Shown piece after piece: positions 63,346 through 64,000 of a stretch of 64,000 nucleotides of DNA (position 1 is the stretch's first letter; each line of letters begins with the position of its first letter). Under the pieces are notes generated by a model. That model saw only the letters and a list, made by a program, of their open reading frames with translations, made no database searches and had not been told where the DNA came from. The stretch is from Pyrinomonadaceae bacterium (GTDB taxonomy: Bacteria > Acidobacteriota > Blastocatellia > Pyrinomonadales > Pyrinomonadaceae), in assembly GCA_035940695.1 (NCBI GenBank), contig DASZEQ010000029.1, forward strand, positions 106,548 to 170,547, written 5' to 3'. A program made the translations under genes and the position numbers.

Positions 63346-64000
63346 ATGGACTGGAGCACACTTACTTACGTCGGATTGAAGATGCTCGGCATCAACATCG
63401 CTTTCGTGGTGGTGTTGATGATCGTGGCCTACACGGTGCTGGCGGAGCGGCGCATCCTCGCGCTGATTCAGGGGCGACTCGGGCCGAACCGCGTCGGCTA
63501 CGGCGGCATCCTGCAACCGTTCGCAGACCTCCTGAAATTCATCTTCAAGGAAGAGATCGTTCCCGACAAGGCGACGAAGTTCGTCTATTTTCTCGCGCCC
63601 ATGATCGCTATCGTCGGCGCGTTGATGACGATCATCGTCTACCCGTTCGGGCCGGAGATGAACTTGCCGTTCATCGGCGTGGTCAAACTCGTCGTCGCGC
63701 AGTTCGACGTGGGGCTGCTGTACGTGCTGGCGATCACTTCAATCGGCGTCTACGGCATCGCGCTCGCGGGTTGGTCTTCCAACAACAAGTACAGTCTGAT
63801 GGGCGGCCTGCGCGCCTCCGCCCAGTTGATCTCTTACGAGCTATCGCTGGGGCTGGCGCTCGTCGGCACGGTGCTGCTGTCGGGCACGCTCGACCTCTAC
63901 CAGATCGTCGAGCAACAGTCGGGCTACTGGTGGCTCGCGGGCGTCGTGCCCATCCCGCGTTGGAACATTTTCCCGCAGGTGCTCGGTTTCATCATCTATC
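63346..64000 (+). CDS. nuoH: NADH-quinone oxidoreductase subunit H (5' part; runs off the window)
   Basis: Hand translation MDWSTLTYVGLKMLGINIAFVVVLMIVAYTVLAERRILALIQGRLGPNRVGYGGILQPFADLLKFIFKEEIVPDKA contains the NuoH signature. Absent from the track because there is no stop in the window. Confidence 0.9.
   Translation, partial: MDWSTLTYVGLKMLGINIAFVVVLMIVAYTVLAERRILALIQGRLGPNRVGYGGILQPFADLLKFIFKEEIVPDKATKFVYFLAPMIAIVGALMTIIVYPFGPEMNLPFIGVVKLVVAQFDVGLLYVLAITSIGVYGIALAGWSSNNKYSLMGGLRASAQLISYELSLGLALVGTVLLSGTLDLYQIVEQQSGYWWLAGVVPIPRWNIFPQVLGFIIY

Overview
High-GC bacterial chromosomal segment, probably Acidobacteriota; this is inferred from a giant PD40/TIGR03437-like/Big_2/lamin-tail secreted protein and the overall gene content. 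No rRNA, tRNA, CRISPR array, IS element or integrase was seen. Most genes are housekeeping. They include a PP2C-Hanks kinase-FHA triad, a 7Fe ferredoxin, folD-coaE plus a peptide-type ABC binding protein and two ATPases, and etfBA. Also present are a plsX-fabH-fabD-acpP-fabF lipid cluster with rpmF/yceD, thiolase and hbd, NDP-sugar pyrophosphorylase with PMM/PGM, mutM and DPP-IV. The rest are a homocysteine methyltransferase/MTHFR fusion, zapA, thiG and thiS, a flotillin-like protein, and nuoA-H. Three things stand out. (1) Thirteen intergenic hairpin elements have arms built from tandem 7-nt units, in at least six word families, and many abut start codons that lack a Shine-Dalgarno sequence. 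(2) A four-gene operon joins a PocR-GAF-GGDEF cyclase, an RsbW-type kinase fused to a degenerate NTPase-like module, a STAS antagonist and a GAF-HD-GYP phosphodiesterase, with no sigma factor. (3) Smaller oddities: ThiS with a tail after its GG, thiS and thiG split by a flotillin cassette, a secreted-protein gene inside the nuo operon, an untracked 52-aa Cys/His-rich ORF, and structured leaders upstream of the methionine and SCO1 genes. All calls come from motif reading by eye. Hand-derived coordinates may be off by 1-3 nt, and no database search was run.
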